Of a DNA stretch of 64,000 nucleotides, positions 23,750 through 37,272 are shown piece after piece. Under the pieces are notes generated by a model, which saw only the letters and a list, made by a program, of their open reading frames with translations, did not search any database and was not told where the DNA came from. Where the stretch lies: the NCBI RefSeq assembly GCF_009914755.1, contig NC_060938.1. One strand, 5' to 3'. The position numbers and the translations under genes are program-made. Positions within the stretch are counted from its first letter, which is position 1. Each line of letters begins with the position of its first letter. Origin of the DNA: the human T2T-CHM13v2.0 reference genome, Homo sapiens.

Positions 23750-26700
23750 ATCTGGCTTCTTTCCCTTAGCATCATGTTTTAGGGTTCATCCAGCTGTAGC
23801 ATATATCAGTACTTCATTTTCTATATATAAACATCATTTGACTCTATAGATGTAACGTATTTTTTATTCATTCTTGAGTTCCTGGACATTTGGATTAATT
23901 TTCAGTTTTCAGTTATTTTGAATAGTGAAATTTATATATGAATATGTATATGAAGACAATATTTTGTATAGATACATTTTCAATTCTCTTGGGAACATAA
24001 CTAAGAGTGGAATTGCTGAGTCATACAGTAAATTTGTGCTTTACATTTTGAGGAACTCCTAAGTTGTTTTACAAAGTGGCTGCATAGTTTTACACTCCCA
24101 CCAGCAAAATATGAGAGTTGCAATTTCTCTAAACCCTGGTCAACTCTTGTTATTTTGCTTTTTTAAAAATTATACATATCCTAGTAGGTATAAAGTGAAT
24201 TTTGATTCAGATTTTCTTAATGATTAATAATATTGATCATCTTGTTGTATTAGTTAAGGTTTTCCAGAGAAGCGGAACCTAGGATTTGTGTATATAGATA
24301 TGCAAGTGGGAATTTATTATAGGAATTGGCTCACATAATTATGGAAGTTCCATGATATTCTGTCTGGGAGCTGGAAAACTAGAAAGGGCAGCGGCATAAT
24401 TCTGTACTGTACAAACGCCTGAGACCCAGGAAAGCCAATAGTGTAATTCTCAGTCTGAGTCAAAGGACTGAGAGAAAGGGGTGAAAAGGGGGTTCTTGTA
24501 TACATTCTGGTGTCTGAAGGACAACGGAGCTCTTATGTCCAAGGGCAGAAGATGCCTGTCCCAGCTAAAGAAGGAAAAGCAATTTCATCTTTTCTCTGCC
24601 TCTTTGTTTGAGTTGAGCCCTTAAGAGATTGAATGACGCCCACCCACATTGGCGAGGATAGATTTTCTTTACTCCGACTACTAATTCAAATGCCAATCTC
24701 TTTCAGAAACGTCTTCACAAGCACACCCAGAAATAATGTTTTGCCAGCTATCTGGGGATTCCTTAACCCAGTCAAGTTGAAATATAAAGGAAACCATCAC
24801 ACCTTTCTTGTGTTTATTGAGTATTTGTGTAGCTTTTTAAATTATTTGCCTAGTATTAAACTGGCTATTTGTCTTTCTGTTATTAAGCTTAAAGTGTTTT
24901 TTATATATTCAAGACACAAGGCACTTAACAGATATAGGATTTGAAAGTATTGTTATCAACTGCATAGACTGTCTTTTCACTTTCTGAATGGTGTCATGTG
25001 AAGCACCCGAAGTTTTTAATTTTGATGAAGCCCAACCTATCTATATTTTTTGCTTTTGTCCTTCTTGCATTTGGTATTATATGTATGAAATCATTTTCTA
25101 ATCCAAGCTAATGAATACTTAACCAATGTTTTATTTCAAGAATTTTATAGTTTGAGTTCTTACATTTAGGTCTTTGGTATATTTCAGGTTAGTATTTGGG
25201 AGATATGTTTTCAATTTCCTCCTCTTGCATATGAATATACAGTTATCCTGCACTATTTATTGAAAAACCTTTTTTATTCCCATTGAAGGTCTTTTTGACA
25301 TTGTCAAAATAAACTTGCCATTAATGTAATAGTTTATTTCTACACTCTCAATTGTTTTGACTACTCTGAGTTTCTTGCATTTCCATATAATTTTTACAAT
25401 CTCATCAATTTCTTCAAGAAACCAGCTGGGATTTTAATGGTAACTGCATAGATATACAGATTGATGTTGAAAGTAGTGGTACAATAATAATATTTTGCCT
25501 TTTAAATTATAACATGGGCTATCTTCTCCTTTATTTAGATATTATTTAAGTTCTTTTATATTTTATAGTTTTTATATAATATCCTTACCCATCTTTCGTC
25601 AAATTTGTCTCTATATTTTATTCTTTTGTTGTTATTATAAACAGATTATTTACATTTTGTCTCTTATTAGTGTAGCCACTCAAGCTTTCTGCTCAGTACT
25701 TTTTATGTGGTATGTTTTTACATCTATTTACTTTCAACTTATTTGTGTTGTTGAATCTAACGTGTCATATCTTGTAGACCGTATGTTGTTGAAATACATG
25801 TTGTTTTTTATCCATTGAACAATCTCTGCCTTTTTGTTGTAATGTTTAGTGCTTCACATTTAATATATTTATTTTTAAGGTAGGATTTCTGACTACCAAT
25901 TTGTTTCTATGTCTTATGTCATTTTTCTTCCAACAGTTGTCTGTTACTCCCATCTTTTATGTTAAATTTCTAATATATTCATTTAAATTCCCTCTCATTT
26001 TTTTTATTATATTTTTCTAGTTACTTTCTTAGCAATTTCTAAAGGTTACAGTTAACAACTTAAAATGTTAAGTTTGAATAATATCAACTTAATTGCTCCA
26101 GTATACATAAACTTTGCTCTTATATAGTTCTATTCTTTCACCCTTCCTTTGTTCTGTTTTTGACATACTAATTAGATCTTTATGCATCATACTAATCAAT
26201 GCAGATTAATAATTATTGCTTTATGTAGTTGTCATTTAAGCCAGGCAGAAGGCAATATTTCCAAATAAAAATGTATTTCTCATTGTTCTTGTATTTATGC
26301 ATGTAGTTACATTTCCTGATATTTCCTGATATTTCCTATTTTTTCCTTGGATTTGAATTACTATCTAGTGTCCTTCACTGCCTAAAGGCCTCCTTTTAGT
26401 CTTTGTTGTAGAGATGGTCTGCTAGTAATGAACTGTCTCAGTTTTGGCTTATCTGCAAATACCTAATTTCTCCTGCATTTTGATGGATACTTGGCTGGAT
26501 ATAGAATTATTTGTTAACAGTCTTTTTTTTTTTCCAAAGCCCTTTGAATATGTCATTCCATGGACTTCTGGACTCCATTGTTTCTGATGAGAAGTTAGGT
26601 GTTAATTTTATTGAGAATCACTTTTACATTACATGCCACTTTTTTTCTGCTTTTAAGCTTATTTCTTTGTATTTCCCTTTCAAAAATTTCACTACGATGA

Positions 26701-28340
26701 TCCTAGATGTAGATCACTTAAGTATATCCTACTTGGAGTCCACTGATCATCTTGTATGTGTAGATTAAAGTTTTTCATAAACCCTGAGAAGATGGCTATT
26801 ATTTTTCAAATTTTCTTTCTTCTTCTTTTTCTCTCTCTGTTCTTCTTTGGAAAATTCCATTACACATATGTTGGTATGCTTTATAGTTTCCAAAAGACCT
26901 ATAAGGCTTTGTACATTTTTTTGTTATATTTTTTCTGTCTGTTAAACCAGGAAAATCTCAACTCACATATCCTTATATTCACTGATACTCTCTTTGGCCA
27001 GTTAAAATAAATTGCTGAGCCCCTCAAGTCAATTTTTTCACTTCTTTTATCATAGTTTTTATCTCCAGAATTTCTATTGGTTTCTTTCTTTATAATTGCT
27101 ATCTCTTTAAAGGTTTTTCTGTTTTATAAGACATCATTTTCATACCTACCTTTATTTCTTTAGACATGGTTTTCTTTAGTTATTTCAACATATTTATAAA
27201 AGCTGATTTAAAGTATGTCTTAAGTTTAATATCTTGGCTTATCAAAGGATGGTTTCTATTAACAGCATCTTTTTGTGAGAATGGGCCACACTTTTCTGCT
27301 TCTTTGTGTGTCTCATAAATTTTGTTGCTGTTGAAAACTAAACATTTTAAATAACATGTTGTGACATCTAGGAAAATCAGATTGCACACCTACTCAGGGA
27401 TTGTGATTGTTGATGTTAATTGTTTCTTTTTTGTGTGTTTGGACTCTTTCTGTAAAGTTAGTATTCTCTGTTATGTTCAGAAACTTAAATCTCTGCCCAG
27501 TTAGCTTAGTGGTCAGCTTTTGATTGGACCACTCAGTGGTGCTAAATGCCTTGAGCCTTGCTGCCTTGCTGAGGGTGGACGAGGCAGTTTATAACTCTGC
27601 CTTAGTTTTCACCTGCTGTTTATGCAGAATTTCAAGGTTAGCCATCGGTGACACATTAGGGATTTTTGAGGTGATTTCTGGGCATGTGAACAGTCCTGCA
27701 CATATCTGTGACCCTCTAAATTTTTAGAAATTATCAGAATTTTTCAAAGCCCACTATTGGCATCTTTTTCCCCAATTTGTCCATTTAATATTTTTGTGAA
27801 TCTCTTATTAGCCTCAACTGGTATCACTACCTCGAGCTTAGGTGATGTTAAAGAACAGCCAGGGACTATTTCTGACAAATGCCTTTGATATTATTATTTT
27901 TGCTGAAAGCATGTTCTGAGTTATATCAGCACCAACAATCCTAAGAATAAAGTTGTTTGGGGCCTTTTCATACATGTTAGTGTAGGCATAGACTTGTCTG
28001 AGTAACTCCAAATTCATCTGGTCCTTTGCAATGACTGCTAAGCTACTAGGATGTTGGTTTTCATAGTTACTATAATTGCAAGACTGTTGGTTTTCAAGGA
28101 CACCAAGAACATGTCAAGAGGGGATGGACAAGATTTATTTAAAGTGCCACTAAACTTGCTATACTCACTTGAGATGTAGCTATGTTTTCTAGCATTATTC
28201 TGGGATTATTCTTGAATGATTGCAGTCTTTTGATTCATTTTCAAAATTTCGGAATTGTTGATTTCGTAAAAATTCGGCCAGTATTCTCAATACTTTTATG
28301 CAGAAGAAGACTTTTGGAGATTGTTACTCTATCATTTGAC
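23750..28340 (-). mobile_element. Old L1 (L1M4/L1MB-like): 3' UTR, part of ORF2, ORF1 and 5' UTR, internally deleted
   Basis: ttagcatcatgtttt...ggaattgctgagtcata...cactcccaccagc (3' end); tttctgatgagaagtt (ORF1); a 5' UTR at ~27400-28340 homologous to 44730-45860. Confidence 0.8.
24246..24801 (-). mobile_element. MLT2B-like LTR nested in L1
   Basis: tgtattagttaaggttttccagaga...ggaattggctcac...cacacccagaaataatgtttt...ccagtcaagttga...aaccatcaca. Confidence 0.9.
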
Positions 28341-28552
28341 ATCTCCTTCTTGTAACTTAACACGACTCTATCATTTAAATTGTATCTAAATAACTACTTA
28401 CCTTAGTAATTTTTACCATCTCTTTAAATATGGTAGATGTTAGCTTGTACTGGAAAAGTCTATAGTAGAATGTTTTAATCTTTATCACATTTTATTATCC
28501 TTTCCTGCAGGTTGAATACACAACACAACTCTGTTGAACTCAATAATGTTTT

Positions 28553-28831
28553 GCTCATGCCTGTAATCCCAGCACTTTGGGAGGCTGAGGCAGGTGGATC
28601 ATGAGGTCAGGAGATTGAGACCATCCTGGCTAACACGGTGAAACCCCGTCTCTACTAAAAATACAAAAAAATTAGCCTGGCGTGGTGGCGGGCGCCTGTA
28701 GTACCAGCTACTCAGGAGGCTGAGGCAGGAGAGTGGCGTGAACCTGGGAGGTGGAGCTTGCAGTGAGTCGAGATTGTGCCACTGCACTCCATCCTGGGCT
28801 ACAGAGCCAGACTCTGTCTCAAAAAAAAAAA
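28553..28831 (+). mobile_element. AluY-like, slightly 5'-truncated
   Basis: Y diagnostics gagaccatcctggctaacacggtg, ggcgtgaacc, gagcttgcagtgag; A tail; possible TSD aatgtttt. Confidence 0.95.
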
Positions 28832-29694
28832 TATTTAAAATGTTTTCATAAGTTCTTTAGGTAAATGAAATGTGAGGAGAAGGGTACTTACCAATTCTTC
28901 ACAGAAATGCTAAGTGCCAATGCATACTTCATCAAACCCTCACTGTTCTCCATGAACATAGACGTAGTTTACATGGAAGTTGTGCCAACACTGCAAGGAA
29001 GACTTTCTGGAAAAATTCACAGTCTATCGTAGATGAAACTGTAGCATAAATCACTGAGATTTTCAAGTTTTCTGTTGCAACATAATATAGCTTATTTAGA
29101 TTGATACAGTACCTAGCATATATATGTTAAACAAATTCTTGACTTTTTAATGACTTGGCTCTATATCCTTCTTAATGATATACAGAGTTTTTGTTGTCCA
29201 TTTTGAAAAACAAAGCAAAACACAATTCTTCTATATAGCAAGTCAGTGAGCTGCATATGACAGACTATGTAAGATACTTAAATATGCTGTACCTCTCAAA
29301 AAATATCAGAAATTAGGTTCTTAAGTGCTATTTGTATTTATATGTAAGGACAGTGAGTTACATCTTATATATTTGAAATGGTAGGATTAAGGCAGGTATA
29401 TACAGAACACTTCACAGAAGATTGAAATTCTTAATTCAATGTTGTATTGTTCTCATTCAAAAACAAAGGCACAAAAATAGCAATAATGACTCTGTATGTC
29501 CCATTCAGAATACACTTTCTTGTTATAAGAGGGTGTATGTGAAAACAGTTAATAAAAGTTTACCCCTATCCTAGCATAATGCAATGATATGATGTTTCAT
29601 ATCTATGTAAACTTTCAAGTGACTTATTCTCACAGTCTAAAATCTCAGATTTGATTACAGAATAACAAGTTATTCTACTAGGAATCAACTTGAG

Positions 29695-29775
29695 AGCTCA
29701 TTTTTCCCAGTCCCTTTATTATACAGATAGAATCTGAGGTTCAGGAAATGTAAATGACTTTTCCAGCAATCCATC
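29695..29775 (-). mobile_element. MIR fragment
   Basis: ttatacagatagaatctgaggttcaggaaatgtaaatgactt. Confidence 0.55.
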
Positions 29776-29865
29776 CTGGATAATCAAACACTTTATCCAC
29801 TAGGAAAACAAGGCCTTCTAAATCTCTAGCCAGCTTTGGTCAACAATTAAGAAAAAAAAACATGA

Positions 29866-30155
29866 GGCCAGGCAATGTGGCTCATGCCTGTAATCCCAAC
29901 ATTTTGGGAGTCCAAGGTGGGAAGATCAATTGGTCCCAGGAGTTTGAGACCAGCCTGGGCAACATGGTAGACCCTTTCTCTATAACAAATTATAAAATCA
30001 GTTGCGCATGGTTGCACATATTTGTAATCTCAGCTACTGAGGAGGCTGAGGTGGGAGGATGTCTCGAACCCAGGAGGTAGAAGCTGCAGAGAGCCATGAT
30101 TGCACCACTGCACTCTAGCCTGAGCAACACAGTGAGACCCCATCTCAAAACAAAC
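29866..30155 (+). mobile_element. AluJ
   Basis: Diverged dimeric Alu with J diagnostics (cccaggagtttgagaccagcctgggcaaca, gctgcag..agccatgatt). Confidence 0.93.
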
Positions 30156-32409
30156 AGGAAATAATAATATACAAATATTAGGCGTATATCGCATATGTTT
30201 TCTATGTATGTATTATATATTCACATCTATTGCATATAATAAATACTTGTAATCACACAGATTAGACAGTCCTAAATCAAATAATGTCAGAGTAGGCTTG
30301 AAAGAAAGATCAAAATGAGTTTCAAACGGAGAAATAATGACCGTTCATGGAATGAGGATGTTTGACTCTTAAAAATCAGCGATTGTAGCACTAAAGCATA
30401 TTTGATTTTGCACAAGAGTTCATGTTTGGAAGTTGTTTCAAAGATGATGTGTTTTCCTTTAAGTTAATTGAAAACTTGGCTGCTTTTTCCTTGTGTAATC
30501 CTCTCCCTCACTTTGCTTTTAACAGCTGCTTGTTGTAAGTAGGAATATATGTGTCATTGCTGTCAGTTAAAATTTTTTATATATTTTATTTAATTAAAAG
30601 TTTAAGAAAATGACGTCTTGCAGTTAACCCAACCTTCCTCTGTATATATTTCCACAAAGTATTAGGTAATCACTGCCATTCAAGACCAGTTGCTATTCTT
30701 TGAACAGGACACTGAATTAAGCCAGTCACTCTAAACTTCAAACTCAGCGTGGTTACCTGAATGACTTGAGAAGCTTTCCAATCATGTGGACAGATAGCCT
30801 ACATGCTGATGTGAAAAAGAAAAAAAAAATGAAACCTGAAGATTGTCAACACATCATCAGCCCACAGCTTCTCACCCATGTCCTAATTCCCAACTGAACA
30901 TCTTTACTACAACCAAGCAAATGACTCTGCCTTGTCCTCTTTTGAAACATGTCCTGTGGATCAGACAATTCTGTTGCTTTTTTCCAGTTACTGTTGTTTT
31001 AATTTAGTATCCCATGGGGGGTAAAAAGTTTGTGTTTTTTTAGAGAGGGGAGGGCCTATGTGAGTATTTGCCCCTGTCTCTGCTTTCCTCAAGGGATTTC
31101 CTGTGGCCAAGAACACTGGGTGAGTTTTATGATGCAGACTCTGCTCGCAAACCAGTCATCATGCCTGGGAAAGTAGTGCAGAGGCAGACATGCACGCTAA
31201 AAGAAAAACTCTGGGGATTCTTGTTACTTATCTCTCCCCTAAGCATATAACCACTGTATCAGAGGATCCTTTGAAACAACACACATGGATTTCGCTCTTT
31301 TGGCTATGTCCCTATTTCACCAGAACATTAGGCTGAAATCTGCCTTTGACATTTCCTGGGGGTTGTATCTCAACTGCTGGCAGATTCTTTGATTCTTTTT
31401 GCAGCATCGTTTGGAGTGCTTGTAAAGCTAGATCAGAAATACCCATGTGGCAACACATTTAAGCTTTCTTATTAGAAACGAATTTGCAGGCAGCTTTTGC
31501 TAGAGTGTGTTGCAGGAGCTTGAACAAGAAACCTATTTGCACACACAGTGTGCTACAAAGGCCAATGTGATCTTTCCAACCTCAAAGTGCTCCCTGGTAA
31601 ACAGTCTCAAAACTCCTAAGACTGCCTGGACAGTCTCAGGCATGAACTTCTGTGAATGCCTATTTAAAACTTGGAACACAAATTTGTAAATTTGTTGGGA
31701 GATATTAATGTGTGAAAGGTTTGAAAGCGGACACTGTACTTTGTATACTGTCTGTCTTCAGTGAAATCTACATAAATAGATTTTCTGATGAACTGAACTA
31801 TTATAAGCTGCTGCTTTTGTTTCTGTTGAGGGGACTTAATTGTTTTGTTTATAATTGCTGTTACATACAAAGCACTACATTCTGAAGAGATAAATGCCAT
31901 GTGTATTTTTGAAACCTTCTCAACTAAATTATGTTGCTTAACCAAATAGACCTTTTTAAAATGCATAGTGCTGCTTCAAAGACCAAGCAATATGTACCTT
32001 GGTAATTGAATGGTAATTGGTAATTCCATTTGTACTGTATGTGGTTATGGTATTTCAGAGGCAGTAACCTGCCTTTAGCGATGGCGTTATAAAGTATGTG
32101 AAGAGGTTATTCTTCAACGTTTTAGGTTAAATTTATAATTTGATTTGTACATTAACAGGAAAACACCAAAAAATTAGCATCTATGCCTGTTATATCACAT
32201 AAAACAGGATTCAGAAAGACGTGTGGAAATCTGTAACTGCAGTGCTTATGCAAAGAATACAGATACTAATTTTTAAGATATTTTCCAAATGTTGGTTGCC
32301 AGGAAGAAAAATGGATATGTCAGGTTATTCAAGGGGTATTGACAGTTCAAGTGTCTAAAAGTTCTTACCCTTTGATTATCTAATGTAACATCCTATTACT
32401 TTCTACATA

Positions 32410-33480
32410 GTTCTTTATTCAACATTCCATTAAGTACTATCTGTTAAGTTCTTCTATGTTCTAGACACTCTTACAGGCACATGGGCCATATCAGTGTGGA
32501 AAAGGGCTCTTAGAACCCTTAAGTTTTAATTGGTCCATGATAAACAACAACTATAATAAAGAAATACATTTGATAGTATAGAAATATAGAAGAGGATAAT
32601 TGGTGTGGATTTAAGATAACAAGCAATGTGAGGAATGAGAGTGGGGTGGAAGGATGGGAGGAAACAAGTTGCATCAATAAATAGAAATCTGGCTTCCTTA
32701 AAAAGACTTCAAGAAGATAAAAAGATTGAGCAATGTTTTTTATCTTAGGAAAAGCTTTCCAGTTAAAGGAAAATGAATACAAAGGTTCTGGATTCCTGAT
32801 GGGTTGGAAGGACAGGAAAGAGGTTGTTGCTTGACTAGCTGGCTGCAAGTGGGGCAATGGGGTTGGAGGAGATGAGATCAGAGAATGAATATAATATGGG
32901 TGGGGAGATCATGTAGAATGTTGTAGGTTATTTTAAAATCTCTGATTTTCTCATTAATAAAATTTAGAGCTTGAAGGATTTTGAGCAGAGAATCTGACTT
33001 ACTTGTTTAAAAGATAACTCTGGCTGCCATTGGAGGGAAAGATACACTAAGTAGAAAGCTATTTCAGGAATTCATATAAGGAGTGATTGTTACTTAGATC
33101 GAATAGTGGCAGTAGAGGTGGTGCGAAGTGGTTACCTTCCTAATACATGTTGAAGGATAATCCAAAAGAATTACTGATAGATTGGATATGAGTGTGAGAG
33201 AAAGCAATTCAAAATGACCAAAAATTTTCTACAAGGATGGAGTTGTCATCGACGAAGATGTGCAAGACTGGGAATTCAGTAACTTTGGTAAGGCAGGGTG
33301 CTTGGGAAAGATTGGGTCAAAATACTTTTGTTTGGTGATTACCAGTGGCAGTTAAAAGGTCTGCAGTTCAGGAGAAAATGGTGATCTGGACATAAACATT
33401 AAGAAATTGTTTATCCTTTAGATGGAATTTAGTCATGATACTAGACAAAATCACTTGGATATGAATATCAATAGATAAGA
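32410..33480 (-). mobile_element. L2 LINE fragment
   Basis: ttattcaacatt...ctatgttctagacact (reverse 3' end); gaaggattttgagcagag; actctggctgc; gatagattggatatg. Confidence 0.75.
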
Positions 33481-33597
33481 TGAAGGAAGGAAGGCAAAGG
33501 AACAGGAAAAGTAGGAGAGAAGCAAAACAAAGAGAAGCGAAGAGAAGAGATGATGGGCAGGGAAGGCAAGAGAGAAGTAAGGGTGAGCGGGGAAGGA
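33481..33597. repeat. GA-rich low-complexity tract
   Basis: Direct reading. Confidence 0.7.
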
Positions 33598-33609
33598 TAT
33601 GAAAGTTCA

Positions 33610-34591
33610 AAGAAACAAAAGTTGGTTTTTTGAAAAGATAAACAAAACTGACAAACCTTTAGCCAGACCCAATAAATAAAATCAGAGATGACAAAGAAGA
33701 CATTACAACTGTAACTGGAGAAATTCTAAGGACCATCAGTGGCTTTAAGTGGTCAACTATATTCCAATAAATTTGAAAATCTAGAGGAAATAGATAAATT
33801 CCTAGACAAATACCACTTACTAAGATTGAATCATGAAGAAATCCAAAACCTGAACAGACCAACATCAAGTAACAAGACTAAAACTGTAATTAAAACTCTT
33901 CAGCAAAGAAAAGCCTCAGACCTGATGGCTTCACTACTGAATTCTACCAAATATTTAAGAAGTTAGTACCAATTCTCTTCAAACTATTCTGAAAAATAGA
34001 GGAGAGAATATTTCCAAACTCATTCTAGGAGGCCAGGCCAGTATTATCCTGATACCAAAACCAGGCAAAGGCATATCAAGAAAAGAAAACTACAGTCCAC
34101 TATATTAGATGAATATTAATACAAAAATTTTTCAGCAAAATATTAGCAAACTGAATTCAACATCACATTAAAAAGATCATCATGACCAAGTGGGATTTAT
34201 CTCAAGAATACAAGGGTGGTTCAACACATGCAAATCAATCAGTGTGATAAATCATATCAAGAGAATGAAGGACAAAAAAAAATACCATCATTTTAATTGA
34301 TGGTGAAAAAACATTTGATAAAATTAACCATCCATTTATAATGAAAACCCTCAAAAAATGAATACAGAAGGAACATAAGAACATAGTAAAAGCTATATGC
34401 AACAGACCCGCAGCTAGTATCATACTGAATGGGGAGAAACTAAAAGCCTTTCCTCTAAGATCTGGAACACACAAGGATGCCCACTTTCAGCAGTGTTATT
34501 CAACATAGTATTGGAAGTCCTAGCTGGAGTAATCAGAAAGGAAGAAAGGAAAGAAAGGAAGAAATCAAATTATCTTTGTTTGCAGATGATA
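33610..34591 (+). mobile_element. L1 (L1MA/PB-like) ORF2 fragment, reverse transcriptase region
   Basis: ORF 33739-33966 gives QLYSNKFENLEEIDKFLDKYHL.RLNHEEIQNLNRP; the fragment ends at tttgcagatgat (FADD). Confidence 0.93.
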
Positions 34592-34638
34592 TTAGGTTGG
34601 TGCAAATGTGATTGCAGTTTTCATTAAAAGTAGTGGCA
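34592..34638. mobile_element. MADE1 (Hsmar1 MITE), left half
   Basis: ttaggttggtgcaaatgtgattgcagttttcattaaaagtagtggca, inserted at a TA. Confidence 0.85.
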
Positions 34639-34661
34639 TTTCTATCTGCCAACATTTTCTA

Positions 34662-34775
34662 TGATGTGATTATTACACTTTGTATGCCTGTATCAAAATA
34701 TCTCACGTACTCCATAAATATAAACACCCAGGAACCTATAAGAATGAAAAATAAATAAATTTAAAATAAATAAAT
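34662..34775 (+). mobile_element. L1MA 3' terminus
   Basis: gatgtgattattacac...tgcctgtatcaaaatatctcacgtactccataaatata followed by an A-rich tail. Confidence 0.8.
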
Positions 34776-34887
34776 GCTATCTCCATAAATACCTATTATT
34801 ACCTCAACATATCCAAGACAAAGTCACCTGTCCATGTAATAAACCGTAAAGATTTCCAAACATTTCTGCTTCTAATTAAATCATTGT

Positions 34888-35130
34888 CTTTGTTTTTGTT
34901 TTGTTTTTTGAGATAGAGTCTTGCTATGTCACCCAGGCTGGAGTGCAGTGGCGTGATCTCGGCTCACTGAAACCTCTGCCTCCTGGGTTCAAGCGTTTCT
35001 CCTGTCCCAGCCTCCTGAGTAGCTGGGATTACAGGCATGTGTTACCACGCCCAGCTAATTTTTGTATTTTTAGTAGATACAGGTTTCACCATGTTGGCCA
35101 AGCTGGTCGAACTCCTGACCTCAGGTGATC
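34888..35130 (-). mobile_element. AluS (Sx-like), lacking the first ~55 bp
   Basis: Reverse Alu ending at gacctcaggtgatc. Confidence 0.95.
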
Positions 35131-35134
35131 AATT

Positions 35135-35980
35135 TCTTACTTCCCTGGTTCAGACTTTACATATTATTTCTAGGTATCCCCACTACCTCTCCTCCTTCAC
35201 CTCATCAGATCCAGTCCACTGTTAATCTGTTTATGCAGTTATTCTCAACTATACCTTGCTCAACTTCTTTTATTTTTCAGTTTATCATCATCATGAAGTT
35301 CAAGGTCACATGATCTACTGACTAGATAAATTCTGGTTTGCCTTTCTGCTACTAGATCTCTCCCCACTGTTCAACTGCCCTCTCACCAATAATATAATAC
35401 TATTGATTATATCACTTTTCTGCCAAGCAATCTCAATACTTCATTCTTGAACAATTTGTCAGCTGAACATTTAAAGACCAAGATTCCACGGACTTAACCA
35501 GCTTTCAAAAACTTTTCTTCCAAACCTTCCCTTCTTACATCATATATTCCTGCTGCGTGGACTACAACCCTTTCCCTTAAGGACACCTATATGATTTTTC
35601 ATTTGCTTTTTCTCATCTGTCCACCAGCAATTCAAGCTCTTCTTTTACCTACACCCTCAGTTTCTCTGCTGGTCAAAATCTAATTCACTAGATGTTGCTC
35701 CGTTTAATGACACTTCCTTTAAAAAAAAAACAAAAACTGTTATCCAAAATACCCAGTGCACCATACACACTAAAATATTCTGCTGTCCTGAATCTTGATA
35801 ACACTGTCTCTTTTATATCTTGTTCTAAAAATTGGCTGTTCACTATTTTCTCTGTTCTCCTAGGGTCCAACCTACTTCATCACAGAGACGGTATCATCTT
35901 AATTACTATATTTACAACCTACAAAACCCAATGTCTTATGCGTAAACTGTACACCATAAATATTTCATAAACAAATGTCA
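35135..35980 (+). mobile_element. Decayed L2 fragment(s)
   Basis: C/T-rich strand with L2-like phrases and a terminal aaatattt...aaatg. Confidence 0.45.
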
Positions 35981-37029
35981 AAAGAAGGAACTGAAAACTT
36001 CATATGGTCTTCATCTTACTAAACATTAGGAGGCAACGTAGATTAATGAACTGAAATTATGATCTCACACATTTAGATTTGCTCTCTGACTTCCTCCCAT
36101 TGTGCATCTATTTCCAGAGGCTAAATAATAAATCACACATGAGACAAATGCAAATTAAATCAATGTTAAGGAAAGTGTTATTAATTCAAAAGAATACATT
36201 ATAACTACATTTCCCTGTTCAAATGTATAAATTCTATGAATCTGAGGCAACTTTGATGACCCCATACATGTATCACTGAGAATTTAGAACTAAGAAAATG
36301 CGGTTAAAATATGTTCAACATCAGTTAAATAGGCTAACAGTTGCTCTTATGTAGTTATATTAAAAAAACTTTCAAAGTAATACTAAATTAAATAGCATAG
36401 TCATTTTTGTTTATGTTATATTTTCAGTGAAACTATTTCATCTCTCCATAACACCACACTTGCTCACATTAACTAAAATATTTCGATGTTGATGTTTCAC
36501 ATTTTTTTGGCTTTCTAAAAAAGTATTTTGAATTAGTTTCCTTTTCTATTAAGGGATGATTGACAAATAAAAATTGTACATATTTGTGGTATATAAACTG
36601 ATGTTTTCGTATATGTGTACACTGTGAAATGATTAAATCAAGCTACTAATTAACATAGCCATCACCCCATGTACTTTTTGGAGGTGAGAACATTTAAAAT
36701 CTATGCTCTTAACAATTTTAGTGTATACTTGTATTGACTGTTTTCAACAAGCTGTACATTAGATCTCCAGAACTGATTCTTCCAATATAACCAAAACATT
36801 GTACTTTTAGACTAACATCTTCTCATCTGCTGTTCCTCCCCTAGCTTCTGTATCTACCATTTGACTCTCTGCTTCTGTAATTTCAACATTTTTAGATTCC
36901 ACCTATAAGGAAGGTTGTGCCGTATTTGTCTTTGTGTGGTTTATTTCACCTAGCATAATATCCTTCAGGTTCATCCATGTTGTCACAAATGGCATAATAT
37001 TCTTCTTTCTGAAGGCTAGTTGAAAATGT

Positions 37030-37033
<4 letters not shown>

Positions 37034-37074
<41 letters not shown>

Positions 37075-37086
37075 GGTGTGTGTGTA
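37034..37086. repeat. (TG)n microsatellite
   Basis: Direct reading. Confidence 0.97.
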
Positions 37087-37272
37087 TATGCATTTTCTTT
37101 GTTCATTCATCTATCAGTTGACACAGGCTGATTCCACATCTTAGCTATTGTGAATAGTGCTACAAAACATGGGAGTGTCAAATATCTCTTCCACATACTG
37201 ATTTCATCTCTCTTTGACATACTATATATTTGGAAGTGGAATTGGTGAATCATATGATAGATGTATTTGTAA

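Noticed and set aside
26311-26337. (atttcctgat) x ~3
   Set aside because: Trivial micro-duplication within an L1
21079-34638. The two MADE1 halves as parts of one split element
   Set aside because: They are in the wrong order, overlap in the central region, and sit in different host repeats; independent truncations are simpler
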